64,000 nt of DNA from Tubiluchus corallicola (lineage: Eukaryota > Animalia > Priapulida). Positions 20,401-32,870 of this stretch are shown here, one piece after another (the first letter of the stretch is position 1; each line of letters begins with the position of its first letter). A model generated the notes under the pieces. The model was not told the DNA's origin. It searched no databases and worked only from the letters and a program-made list of their open reading frames with translations. The position numbers were made by a program, and so were the translations under genes. The DNA lies in NCBI GenBank assembly GCA_030141605.1, contig JAQGDQ010000007.1, positions 1,227,173-1,291,172 of the forward strand, read 5' to 3'.

Positions 20401-23400
20401 ATTGTAACAAGTGAAATAATATTCAGACGCTTTGCATTCATGCGTACTAGATATATTATTTTTAGTGATTTTAGAGTTTTTGTATTGTTACTATAATACC
20501 GCAAGTTTGTTTTAAATGGTCAGGGCTTTCGAATAATCTGGATGCCTGAAGTTGTTACGGTTCACACTGCGCTTGACCGAACATGGGAAAATTATTAATT
20601 TCAAAGTTCGTCTGGGATATAAAATATCTGTTTGGGGCGTTGAAAAAATAAACCTTAAATAATCAAGTAGGGGTCATTATAAGAGGGTCTGCTTGTGAAC
20701 AAATTAATAACAAATCTTCTCTATAGCTCTCTTTCAGTTCGATGCTTTCCGCGTTATTCAATGCTGAAATGTGCTTAACAAAAAACGGGAAACAACTTCT
20801 TCAGAAACGTAAACAATGATAATCAAAGAAAAAGTTTAGCAAAATCATCAAAATGTACAAAAAGCCACGGTTCGTGGTTCCCGATGTTACAGTACGTAAA
20901 AGCAAATTATACTAATCGTAAGTGTATTGTGTTTGCTAAGAATGTTTTAAATCAGAGATATTGATTGAATGGAAGTAATTATCAGTAAACTAAAAATCAG
21001 TAAAATAAATCACTGCAAAATGGACCCATTCGCACAAATCGCAGATAAAATTGTAAAATCTCGTGCAAATGGCATGAACTGCAAAAACTACTATATAGTT
21101 GCTCAAAAACTGCGTTTTTACCTGTAATGTGTCGCCTAACGAAGAATTGAGTTCGTGTACCGGTTTGCAGTTTAAATAATCTGACCAATTTGACCACGTT
21201 CCTCCTAACAAACAATCTTTACTTGCATTATCTGTGAATGTAAAGGGAAATTAGTTATTATTTATTAGTTATTAATTTCATTATGCTTCATCAGCACATT
21301 TTTGGGCGTTAGATTTCTCCAAACCACCGAAAACATACAGAGATGCAAAATGCAAAAACAGAGGTCTCACTGCTAAGGCTAATTTCAAATTAATCTAGAA
21401 GCCATCCTCCCCCTCATTATTTTTCTCTGCGGTCTGCGCCCATGTAAGCCAAACCTATTGATTAGGAAATAATTAGGAAAAACATACGAACTATTCTTTG
21501 GAAAAATTGTCTTTCGCGCAAAAAATAAATTTTTCTAAACTAAAAAAATAATAGTTTTGACGTACATTCTTGTGGGAACAACATAGGATACTGAGGAAAC
21601 GATATAGTTTGTCATGTTGGAGGGTCGACATAGAATGTCGTTGTTACGACGTCCTGTGCTGGCTGAGCGACATGAATATTTTTATTGCCAAGTTGCAGGC
21701 CCAGACTGTGCACACAGAAAGATAACGATGTCTCTTCAATTAAAATTAGTCTTTTATTAAAATAAGGAAATCATTAATGTCACATGGTAATCATTGTGAA
21801 TGCAACATTTATTATCATAATCCTTTTAATGGTCAATAAGGTTTCAACAAATCGAAAAATCTATTTTAGAATGAAGTTTATGCAATAGAATAGCGCGATG
21901 GTTTCGACGACAAAGAAAAATAGTCTTTCAAGGAAATGATGTGGAAGACTGCACAGTGAATATACAATTATTTGAAAAATATATTTCATCGTTTCTTTGA
22001 ATTTCGTCTCTTTCGTAAGCAAGTCAGAATATTTGAAATAAATGCGGAATAAACTGTATTAGTATAGACCAGAAGTATTTGCGTTTACCGCATGAATGCT
22101 GTGAATAGTACTGCACGCGTAAATCGGTTAAATTTATGTCAACTTAACCAAACCCGTCGCAAATCGGTGAAAGTGTAAATGACAGCAAATCACGCTCAAT
22201 TCACGAGATGCTCAATTACATGAAAATAGTTTAATAGTGGAAATTGGGGCGTGGCAGTTTTCGCTTTCTTCAATTTGTTCTTCAAATTTGAGGATTTTCC
22301 AGGTATTAACAATGATTATTATTACGACAAACAATTTTTTCTAGTCATAGTATTGATTCTTTTGAAAGCTATTGCAAAATTTAGCCTACAAGTTATGCAC
22401 TTTTATCATTACTAGTTTAGTTGCTGAATGAATATCTGTGCAGTGTCGCCTGCATACATTCTGAATTATAGTTGCACTTAAAAGCGACAAAAACAAAGGC
22501 GAAGATTCGTCAATTGAACGCGAAAATGCAACAGAAATGCGAGCTTAGAAAACACCACAAATAAGAAAAACACAAAAAGTATAAGAAGATGAAACATGAA
22601 GAAATGTAGTGTTAAAGACGAGAACCTAAAAACTAATTAAAACCCACGAAAACACAAGCAAAATCAGAATAATACAAAGGTAGAAATTCAAAATGTGGGC
22701 ATAATGAAAACATCAAAGATAGAGGATCACTTTTAATACGTTTGTTAGTCAATACACAATTAGACGAAATAATGCGCGAACGAGAAAAAACAGAGAAAAA
22801 ATCTACAAGCAAGAAAAACAAAATTCAAAAACGTGACAACACAAAACTACAAAAACGCAAAGATGAGAAAACGAAAATACGAAACGTCTCTTCTTCGATT
22901 CCGTAATTGGTTTTCATCAAGGTGTGCCTACGCATAGGAAATCTGCCTGGTTATTAATTAATTTCACAATAGCAACATTTCTGGTTCACACGATAATAAA
23001 GTCGTGCTACTTTAATTGACAGCAGGAGTCTGAGTGCAATGACAATAAGAACTAATTAGTATTGCAATTATAACAGTTCCACCTCATTTTAAATGTCACA
23101 GTTAGCATCTATTAGATACAGATTAGTAATACAGCCACTGGGTTTGTGTTATGTAAACGCGTTACGTAGTAATTAATTATTTGTTTATTATTCTTTAATA
23201 GTAATGGTTATAGATATAATATCTGTATAGATGGATATAAGAGCATTTATTGAGTAAGTTCCATTGCTAGAACACCAGCTGTTTCATCACGCATCTTTGA
23301 CCATTACATACACCAACAGAAAGGTGTCTTCTCATTGGTGATTTTTTTCAGTTGGGCGCTGGGAAAAATTAAAGGAAAAACGCTATTTCTATTTTCGCTT

Positions 23401-25221
23401 TCTGCAACTCATGACTTATCAGCGTACTGTATACTGAACGTTTTATGTTTTCAAGATGTTAATATTCACTTCTTCGCGAGAAGTTATTTTTACTAGTTAC
23501 TGAGTTCGAAAAAAATGAGCTTAATTTCCTCTGATTCTTATAAATTAGCTTGAAACTCCAATTCAGGTCCTTTTAGATGGTGAGTTTTGGCAACCTCTTC
23601 CAAATACCTTTTGATACGTTGTTTTTATTATCAACGTCGGAGAAAGGGTCTTTTCCTTTAAAAACGTTAACATAAACACACAGCTATGCAAGAGATTTCT
23701 GTCTATAATTATGCCTATGATTTTTGTTATTACTATTTTAAATGTTGTAAGTATTAATTAATAAAACAACTTCACACTAACCAGATGTGTCGTACTGTAT
23801 GTTTCCAACAAAAGCTGGACACGTTAGATATTGAGTGAACCCTTCTAAAGTAGGTGGCCAACAAAGAATGCCGTCAAAGTGCGCTGGACAGCGTCTTCTT
23901 CCGTTGTAGAAATACCCTGAAGAAAAACGAAGAGAGACAATGATAATTTTGCTAGAGCCCAAAAAATGCGTGGGAAAATTCTGTGTTGCACGAACGACAT
24001 CTATGTCACACGCATGGGGTTATTATGACTTTCTTGTAATTTATTCCTAGACAGGGTAATAGCTCATTCCGGGCGCAAGCTAGTCTTGGGTGTTTACCTC
24101 GTAGAGTTCGAACAAGACTGGGACACCTCTACCGGTTCAGTAACTCATCTTAGAGGATTATCATTGATAGAGAGCCATGATCCGCTCACGCTACAAACAT
24201 CTCGTTGGGCAGTTGTCTGTGAGTGCTGGCTTCCGGCTTGCGGTGTAACAGCGCTATTTGACAAGAATGCGGTAAAATTCAACCATTGTGTCTGTGAGTG
24301 TCAACCAAGTGTGAATATTCTACGTAGACTAGAAGAAAATCCTGAAAAGGTGCTGCTTTAAAGTTGTAGGGGTGTTTTTTCTAAAACTGGGCAACATAGC
24401 CAGTCTTATCAATTTGAGTATCCTCTATCCGAAAAGGCTATTGTTAGCTTGAAAATTTATCGGAAAAGGGTCGAAAACGGAAAAAATAGCCATATTAACG
24501 AGAGCGATTACGACTTCAATTCCAGAGTAGTTGGACCTAAAAAATCCATTCCTGTTCCTGTTACTTTTATTTCAAAATGGCTGCTACGCAAAACGAAATT
24601 GTGCCGATCGTGCAATTTTATTAGCTGTACGTTTCATCTACAGTACAAAACAAAAAGCAAATTATTGCTGAATCTAGAAAATTGCTAGACTGCAAAAAAG
24701 ACGCCAAAGGCTTTTGAAACTGCTCATTAAGCAAAAAACAAAGTGTTCGTTGCCTCCCCGAAAAATTGCACAGTTCGCCTAAAACTTAAGAAACTTTGCG
24801 CAGTGTTAGAACCCATCAAGGTGTTTAATTTTGGATATGCTGTGAATAGAAAATTCTCCAATTTGGCAGCCATTTTCAAGATGACCGACAAGATAACGGC
24901 CGTTAGCATACATAGGCCATATCTTAAACAGGTAGAACAGATGAGATTATGATTTTGGTGTCTATAGGGCCTATATAGGTTTCCAAGGTTAAGAGATCCA
25001 CAGCTGATACTTAAATGCACCTTACTTATGACGTCCCTTACTTAGAATTTCAGGATGGTTGCCAAGATGGCTGTACAATAGCCGATTGTACAATACTTTA
25101 GCTATATCGCATGTTCTGCTTTACAGACCAAGGATTTAAAACCTTACTTGTTATTATTTTTTCATTATTATTGCTGTTGTTGTTGTTGTTGTTGCTATTG
25201 TTGTTGTTGTTGTTGTTGTTG

Positions 25222-25306
<85 letters not shown>

Positions 25307-25331
25307 CATTATCATCATCATTATCATTATT

Positions 25332-25366
<35 letters not shown>

Positions 25367-27714
25367 CATTATTATTTATATTGAACAAAATCACGAATAC
25401 ACATCACATATTCAATACAGAATCTGATAAAGAAGCCCGAAGATAAAAAAATCCTTGAAAGAAACAGTTTAGGTCAGAATTTATGGACCCTGATATAGAT
25501 AATACTGATAACCTCTAAAACAATCTGTCACGTTCACTAGTGCCGCCACACCACTGTATTTGGACCAGGCTGTGCAAACAAGTCTTGCTTGGACACATTT
25601 ACATTTGCCATAGTACCATTTGGCTGGCTGGCTGACAGCCATATTTAATAATTGCTTCAGTTCCACATGTCCGATGTGGTTCCCATGTCAAGTCAGTGGA
25701 TTTTCTCGGTGCAGTCAAATGGTGATGGTCAAGCTGGGGACAGTGATGAACGCTTGGCCTAACAGCATCCTGCCTCATATACCACATGTCTGGTGTACTC
25801 CAATAGTGCAGCAGGTCATCCCCGCAGATGTTGGAGAAAATGCCTCCATTGACATTGCCTTTCTTGTGAACAAGCCTTTATATGCTTTGTCAATTAGCAT
25901 CAAAACGTGCTTGCTGTGTCATACAAGAGTGTGACAAAACGTTCAAGCACAGGCGTGAGTTCAGTCAGCTGCTCAGCTCTAATCGTGTTTCTTAGCGATA
26001 CAAATCCTTCTGTTATCGCCTTAAACACTTGCCACGTAGGCCAAACCATCTTTTCCTTCTCTCTGTAAATGCTGAAACTTGGTCGGAACCAGTATTGGCA
26101 TGAAATACTGACGAAGCTGGTCTCTTTAAGTCCCATGCTATTCACAGTTTCAAAGGGCCAAAGATATTGCCTTTATAAACTAGTAACAGCTATTTCGTCA
26201 GCCAACGTGAAGATGGCGACCATATCGGATATTACCCTAAAGCCTTGACCTTCAAAGCCTACATATAAACAATAAAATCACCATTCTATTTGCTTCAGAA
26301 TATGCAATGTAGCTAATATATTAAACAAGTGGCTACAGGCACGAAATCTTAACAGAGGTTATATTATAGGCATTTTTAGGCATTAGACATGGATTCCTTG
26401 ACCTTGAAAACCTGTACTTAGACACCAAAATCGTCATCTAAACTATCTGGTCGGGCATCTTGAAAATGGCAACCATATTGGATATTTCTGATTGGTCTCA
26501 TATCCCAAATTAATCACCTTGATGGGTTCTAGCAGTGTGCAAAGTTTCATAACTTTTACGCAAAATTGGCAAGTTTAGGCAAATTATCTAGACTATATAA
26601 GTCGGAAACCGGGCGCACATTTTGTTTTTGTTTTTGCTTATTAAACTGTCTAAGTCGCCTTGTGTCTTTTTTGGGAGTCTTTTTTATATTCAGCAAGGTC
26701 GAATTAATAAAAATAATTTGCTTTTTGTTTTTATAACAAATCTTTAAATGAAATTGCATAGTTAGCATAATTTTGTTTTGGGCGACGGCCATTTTTGAAA
26801 TAAAGCTAAGAGAAACTAATTGCTTAGGCCCAGCAGCTTAAGCAAAATGTCATGATTGCATCTTAATGATAATGTTGTGGCAATGATTTTTTTAAATTTA
26901 TATTGTTTGTGCAAAAACATAGCGGTCATTTCTTTTTTATTTTGCATTTTGAGCCCTTTCCGCTAATTTTTCAAGCCGGCTAGGGTCTTTTTGATTTCAA
27001 ATTGACAAGACTGGCTATGCTGCCTAGTGCCCACTTAAAAAACGCCTCCAATGTTCCATTTTTCTGAAAAGTCGTCTAATCTAACAATTTAACTAGAATT
27101 TAAACAGCGGTACAACTCCAAATGAGCATAAAAACCGAAATCTTTTTTGGAGGATTTCATAATTTTGTTGTGTGCAATGTTGCAGGCTATAAACGGACTC
27201 TAGCAATGGAGTGACCATAAACTAACGGAGCAGAATTTAGGTGGCTATTTGTTAGGAGCACTGACTGCTCTGTGCTATTAGAGGTTATTTATGAGAGCAT
27301 TCTTAAATTGACATTGATTTGTTGAAGGTAGCCGTAGTTCAGAAAGAATTCGTTTCGTCAACAAGCACCTTCATATCTAAGATCTGACAACCAGCAAGTT
27401 GCTGATTCACATTTTTTATATATCTGTTGCTGATTTGTCGCGGATAGTACTAATGTTACTCCTGTATTTGTAGGACAAATTATCATCACTTTAATTTAGA
27501 AAAATCTACTTGCTCCGCAGCAAAATTGTTTTTGGTTTTACGTACACGATGTCGTTTTGTTAGTTCCAAAAGGACAGAATTTTTTTGTATTTTGTTTAAC
27601 GAAACTGCTATAAACTTTGCATACAAATTTCTTGCCGACTAAAAAAAGCATGTAGAAGTTCAACAGACAATGATATGAAACAGCAGCTTTCTAGATAATT
27701 TCAAAATACAGATT

Positions 27715-27783
<69 letters not shown>

Positions 27784-29081
27784 GAGTGCACTGCATTGCA
27801 TGGGTGGCATCGCATTTGGTTGCGTTTTGTTTGCATTATATTTTCTGTTGCAGGTTAAATGAGAGAGTGAACACCGAGTAATTTAGCAATTTAATTAATA
27901 GTTTGTCTAATTAAAAAAACTTCAAGATCAAGCAACTCGTTAAAGCCTCAGTGGGTTTGATATCATCTTTAGATTTGATCAAGACTTTGCTAACTTAATG
28001 ACATGCTTCTAAGTACGAATCGATCTGCACAAAAGCATCTGATTAAACACAGAGTGCAGAGTGAGCATCCTCAGTGTTTATGATGACATCTCCCTCAGGA
28101 TGTAAGAATCAAATAAAGAAACCCAGTCTTGATGCTTCAGCATCGAACCAAGACCATTTTTCATAAACGTATGCATTTTTCGTTGAAATAATGTAAAACG
28201 CTATCGTAAAAGCAATCTTCTTTATTCATCCTATGCATCTCATTGAATTTTTGATGTTGAATAGTCTGTTACGCCTAGGCACTCATGCACATGTATAGAG
28301 CACGAATGGCTATCAGTGCTCGTAACTTGCAGACCTGATTGTTACGGCATTAGCTTGACTAATAATTATTATCAGGCATCTTGTGAAGACTTCCTTAGGT
28401 TTCCGAACTAAAAAACTCTAAAATTTAATAATCCACAACAAACTGTAAAGCAATAGTCATTTACCAGTCATGCGGATATAATTTGTTCTGAGATAACCTT
28501 AAGCATCAGCTACGAATTAAGATCGATAGATGCCCTAAAATGTAGAGGCCGTAAGCATAAGCACTAGAAAAATTTCGTTGCCAACATAATTATTTTTAAT
28601 TTAAAGAATACTCGGTTAACCATAAAATAAACATTTCACTTTCTGAAATAAAAGAAAACTTATACAGTAGGTTTATTTGGACATGCCTTAACCACGTGCT
28701 TACTTTTTTGCTTAATGTTAATCCAGCCCTGATACATATTAAAGCAGCATCGTCAATTTCTTCAATTTTGTTTATAATTAACGAGCATGAATTATTTTTG
28801 AAATTAATCCTTTACAGTAAAAATGCATATACATTTAACCCGTCGAGGAGCGTAATAGAAATTGATGAACAGGTTAGAGGGAACTGATAACATAATTGAC
28901 AGGAGACAGACAGGTAAATGCATATAAACCCTAAAAGGCTGTAAACCAAAATAATTATAAGATTAATATGTAATAACTATAATCAGCAATAGGCCTATAT
29001 AAATAAAAACTTACTTGTATTATTTAAAGCGTTTAACTGCAGAACGGTGCACACTGATTCCTGATCCAGCTTCTCAAACAT
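9595..29081 (-). CDS. Class B1 (secretin-family) GPCR, corticotropin-releasing factor / DH44 receptor-like
   Basis: Phase-consistent GT-AG exons, 5' to 3': 29081-29015 (MFEKLDQESVC..), 23916-23782 (CPAHFDGILCWPPT..CP), 21231-21122 (NASKDC..GTW..WSDYLNC), 17228-17125 (TM1, IYYVGYTLSITSL), 15836-15719 (KLSCMRNKIHVNLFIS), 15062-14909 (CRSMV..NFFWMLVEGLYL..IGW), 14687-14627 (TM4), 13002-12933 (CW..YIFMVPIL), 12129-12041, 11743-11608 (RKGARKLLLLLPLLG), 11263-11222 (the typical 42-nt exon, GFWITLFFCFTNHE), 9843-9595 (tail, TAG). The first exon is the least certain. Confidence 0.92.
11834..11890. repeat. Compound (CAT)n/(CGT)n microsatellite
   Basis: Alternating CAT and CGT triplet runs in a GPCR intron. 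Confidence 0.9.
14348..14419. repeat. (AT)n microsatellite
   Basis: Pure AT run. Confidence 0.97.
24367..27050 (-). mobile_element. Decayed DNA transposon, Academ-like (long imperfect TIRs, XPG-like/Cys-rich C-terminal remnant)
   Basis: About 24367-24490 (TAGGGGTGTTTTTT..CATAGCCAGTCTTATCAATTTGA..GCTTGAAAATTTATCGGAAAAGGG) is an imperfect inverted copy of about 26920-27050. Frameshifted minus-strand fragments at 25480-26100 read VWPTWQVF..LERFVTLLYD..WEPH..IIKYGC..GKCKCVQARLVCTA. The superfamily assignment is an inference. Confidence 0.55.
25164..25376. repeat. Compound (TTG)n/(TTA)n/(TCA)n microsatellite
   Basis: Triplet runs inside the decayed transposon; source of the poly-N/L/Y/I ORFs in the track. 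Confidence 0.97.
27716..27867. repeat. (GA)n microsatellite plus a 77-bp duplicate of 2861-2937
   Basis: GA run 27716-27782; 27782-27858 matches 2861-2937 with one mismatch; then ATGAGAGAG. Confidence 0.92.
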
Positions 29082-29834
29082 GTTAGCAACAAGTGATTTC
29101 ACTGTTTATATTCCGTATATATGTCCAGAACTGCCAATACATATTTACAGTCATTATGCACAGTTTGGGTTATTAGAATTTTAGGCCAATAGACGACAAC
29201 ATTTTTAAGACGCTTCAGAAACATTCGTTCAGCGCTTCAAAATAAAATCATCTTGTCCTTATAAAACAATGTTAAAAATTGCACCTTGTTTAACGCCCAT
29301 GTTTACATTTACATTTAATGAAGACAATATCTAAGTAAAAAATTGTTGCCTAATATCAAGCGTCATAATTACTGCATTTAAACAAAGATTTCAGCTTAAC
29401 GCCAAAAAATAATACTAGCCTGTTTTAGTCTCACCACAAGATTACTGCATGAGTGGATCGCTTTATGAAGCCATCTTCCCTGATGTTGCTTTTCACTGAA
29501 GCCCGTTCCTGAGCAATGCTATAATCCAGTCTACGTTTCAGTTCAGCAGAGGAGCGCGCAAATGTGGTAATTAACTCGAAATTTCGATTGTAATGTTTGT
29601 AAAATGTTCGCCAGAAATAAATAGGACACCTGCGCCATTAACAGAATTAACGACATGCGCAAACTAAAAATTATTTTGCTTAGTTATCACAAATAATCAA
29701 AAACAGATACGATTATATCTTAAGATATGGCAAATTGGTAATTGCTCATGAAAAGTGTATATGTGACAACAAGGGCACTATCGAAATACGGAAGATGATA
29801 TCAATAATAAGCAACCTGTTTATATATATATAAA

Positions 29835-30351
29835 CTAAATAAGAACAACATTGCTATTGTTCTTGCAGATTAGAACTTGCACTTATTTTGACGTGAATTC
29901 ATGTACTGTGCCTATAGCAGTAGCAAATTTTTATTTTACCAAAATATTCTTGCGCGCCAGCTGGAATACAAATTGCACAGCAGTGAAGTGGTTAATTTAG
30001 ATGATCTACTGGATTGTTTAATGCCCAGATGATATATATTATGTCAAACTGATATAAGCATGCCTAATTTATATTATTTGCTTGAAAATCTTATCGATGT
30101 TATATTAGCACTGATGTTTTAATGCACTGACTCACTTGCACCTGCACTGTGGAGAGACTTGAATCAGGTACTACTGTTTTGTTAATCCACTTTAAACAAA
30201 TAAAGATTATATATATGTATTCCAGCTGGCGCGCAAGAATATTTTGGTAAAATAAAAATTTGCTACTGCTATAGGCACAGTACATGAATTCACGTCAAAA
30301 TAAGTGCAAGTTCTAATCTGCAAGAACAATAGCAATGTTGTTCTTATTTAG
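29835..30351. mobile_element. MITE/foldback-like element with apparently perfect 136-bp inverted arms
   Basis: 29835-29970 is the reverse complement of 30216-30351, with a 245-bp spacer and no ORF of note. Confidence 0.8.
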
Positions 30352-31228
30352 CAATAGTCTTATTTATTTATTCTTACTCAATATTTATTTTTACTTGAAC
30401 CTTTGGTTGATATTAACTAAATCTTGAACTATTGTAAATAGAACCATATTGCAACAGTTTAAAAAATTCATCACTGAATTAAACATAGATTTATGACTAA
30501 AATTTACAATTTGCTCGTGACTAACGAAGCAATTCATTTAGGAAAATATTGCACTCATTTGCATAACGTGTACATTCAAAAAAGTAATGTACTTAATTTT
30601 CAACGAAACTATTACTAGAACATATTCGGCTATCTGTTATGTTGCGAGAAAACAAATCAGAATTCAACTGTGTAAATTTCAAAATAAATCTATTTGTTAA
30701 CATTTCATGTTTTCTGGCTTCATTCTTTTTTACACTGATATTTATTATAGGATGTTCCCACTCCTTAGAAACAAGGCCTTTAAAGCAACCTGTTTTTTTA
30801 CTGTCATAGCAAGAATCGTTCATTACAAGACGATTTTTAATAATTATGTAACTAGCATAATCAAAGTTATGTGATATGACGATTAAAATGTGATGATGTA
30901 GCGAAAAGTAGTTTATTATATTTCTAATGTAGGCACATCATTCCTCAAATAGTATACTTATTACCTGCCAGAAAGTATAGTGTTCTGCCTAAGTGTCATT
31001 TTAAAAAACTGATATTCTAGTCAAAAATAGCCACAAGTAAACATTTTCTTAGTCTCTGATTGGCCCGTTCTATCTACTTGTAAATATACTATAAAATGCA
31101 AATATATCGATGTTAGTTAACGCTAGTTAAAAATCCTAGCTGAACCCAATCATTTCTTAGATAGCTCTTAGACCAGGTCTGCCACATCCGGCCAGATACA
31201 TTCATTCCAAAGTACAAAATTACCATAG

Positions 31229-31900
31229 TGTTAGAGGTATATGGACCTCTCATGTATAGGTTTTATTTGTTAGCTTTGTCTTGTACATTAATTATATTAT
31301 TAACGTAAATTAATTAATTACGTAATTAAGTAATTATATTAGTTGTGTTATAACAATGTCGTTATTATCTGTGATAAGTAAGTACTTTTAGTGTGTCGTA
31401 ACAAACTTGTTTTTCGTTTTCTGCTGCGTCCGTCGCGACTTAGTAATTTAGCAAACAACACAACCCCAAGACAACAGATGTTTGCGAGATATTAGCAGAT
31501 ACGTGCCGTAAGAAACTTTCTGCGCACCCCAGGTGTTATGCATTGGGAATTTTCCCAGACCTGCGTTATTTCTTGGATAAACTCTGTGCTGAAAACATCT
31601 ACCTCTCTCTTGAAGCAGCTGACTTCTTATTGTAATTGGTGTTCTGGACTTGATATGGTTGTCTATGAAGAACATATACGGTCTGGATGGATGATGGGTA
31701 TTGGTAGCCATTTTGTTGAAGTTGTTAGTAAAGTTTATGGGACACAGCTGTCGTGTGTTGGTGCTAGAACATTATACCTAGTGGACTGTCAAACATTTGT
31801 TCGTTATTGGTGCGCAATAAAATTTTCCTTGCAAGTCACACAGCGGAAGGACGCTGCTTCAATACAGATCAGTTGGCCTACCGTTAACAGTAGTGTAACA
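31229..31900. mobile_element. Possible solo LTR
   Basis: Begins TGTTA and ends TAACA, has an internal AATAAA (about 31816) and is partly GC-richer than the flanks. No clear target-site duplication. Confidence 0.25.
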
Positions 31901-32870
31901 GTATATTAATTCGATATAAGCCTGTATCTTTTCTTGTTAAATTTGTACTGTTAATTAATAGACTAAAGTGGTTTATCATTCAGCTATAATTCCGTGTAGC
32001 TGTTTGAGTTTGAGGTTATTTTATCATGTTACGTGATAACTTGCGGTGCTAACACGTAATAGGATTGTAGTCCATTTTTGATAGTCTCTGTTTGATTTAG
32101 GATGACATTGGATTAAGTTGTATTGTGTTCTTTCCGGTTTTTAACAGCTGACGAATGTGACATTTTCGTTGGTTTTAGTACTATGTAAAGCAGTATGAAA
32201 AAGTTGAGTTTAATGGATTGAATTTGACTTGATGTGCAGTAGAGCGGTGGTTTAATGTAGATAACATTATTTGCTTTGCTGTTCAATTGGTGTAACTATT
32301 ATGGTATACTATTGGAATAAAAAATTATGGCGTAGTTTGGAATTGAGCGTTCTGGTTTTGTGTGGTGATGTTCGGAATATAATAATAATAATAAGACTTA
32401 CAGATTTCTCTGAATTGTGCCAGAAGGAAACAGATGCCACAGTGCAATAATACATTTTTCCTGCCTTGTGAAACGCGCCAAATACTCCCACCTACAAAGT
32501 CCAGTGAACTGAAGCCACGTAGCAGGAATAGTAAATTACGAATAGTAGCTGCTGATAACATAACCAACGACGAGTATCTAATATTAACTAAAACATGTTA
32601 ACAATGATTTAATAGTCTCAGTTATTTATTTCTCCTTTATTTATAATCAGCATGCTGCTGTATACAAAAACAAATAATAAATTTGACTGGATTGAATAAA
32701 TTTCAGTTTAAATTCATGATGAGTAATATCGTTTTCTAACAAGTTTTTGAAATTACAAGATTACGTAGTTAAGATAACAACAGAAAGTTTCCTATAAAAA
32801 CTCTAAAGCTTTGTCCACTCGTACAATCCAATATTGGTACCTACGTAACCACCTTATCCCTCTTGATCTT

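Noticed and set aside
25098-25446. Poly-N/L/Y/I ORFs
   Set aside because: Translations of the triplet microsatellite.
31448-31909. 123-aa and 87-aa ORFs
   Set aside because: No recognisable domain or splice context; they lie in a probable repeat (possible solo LTR).
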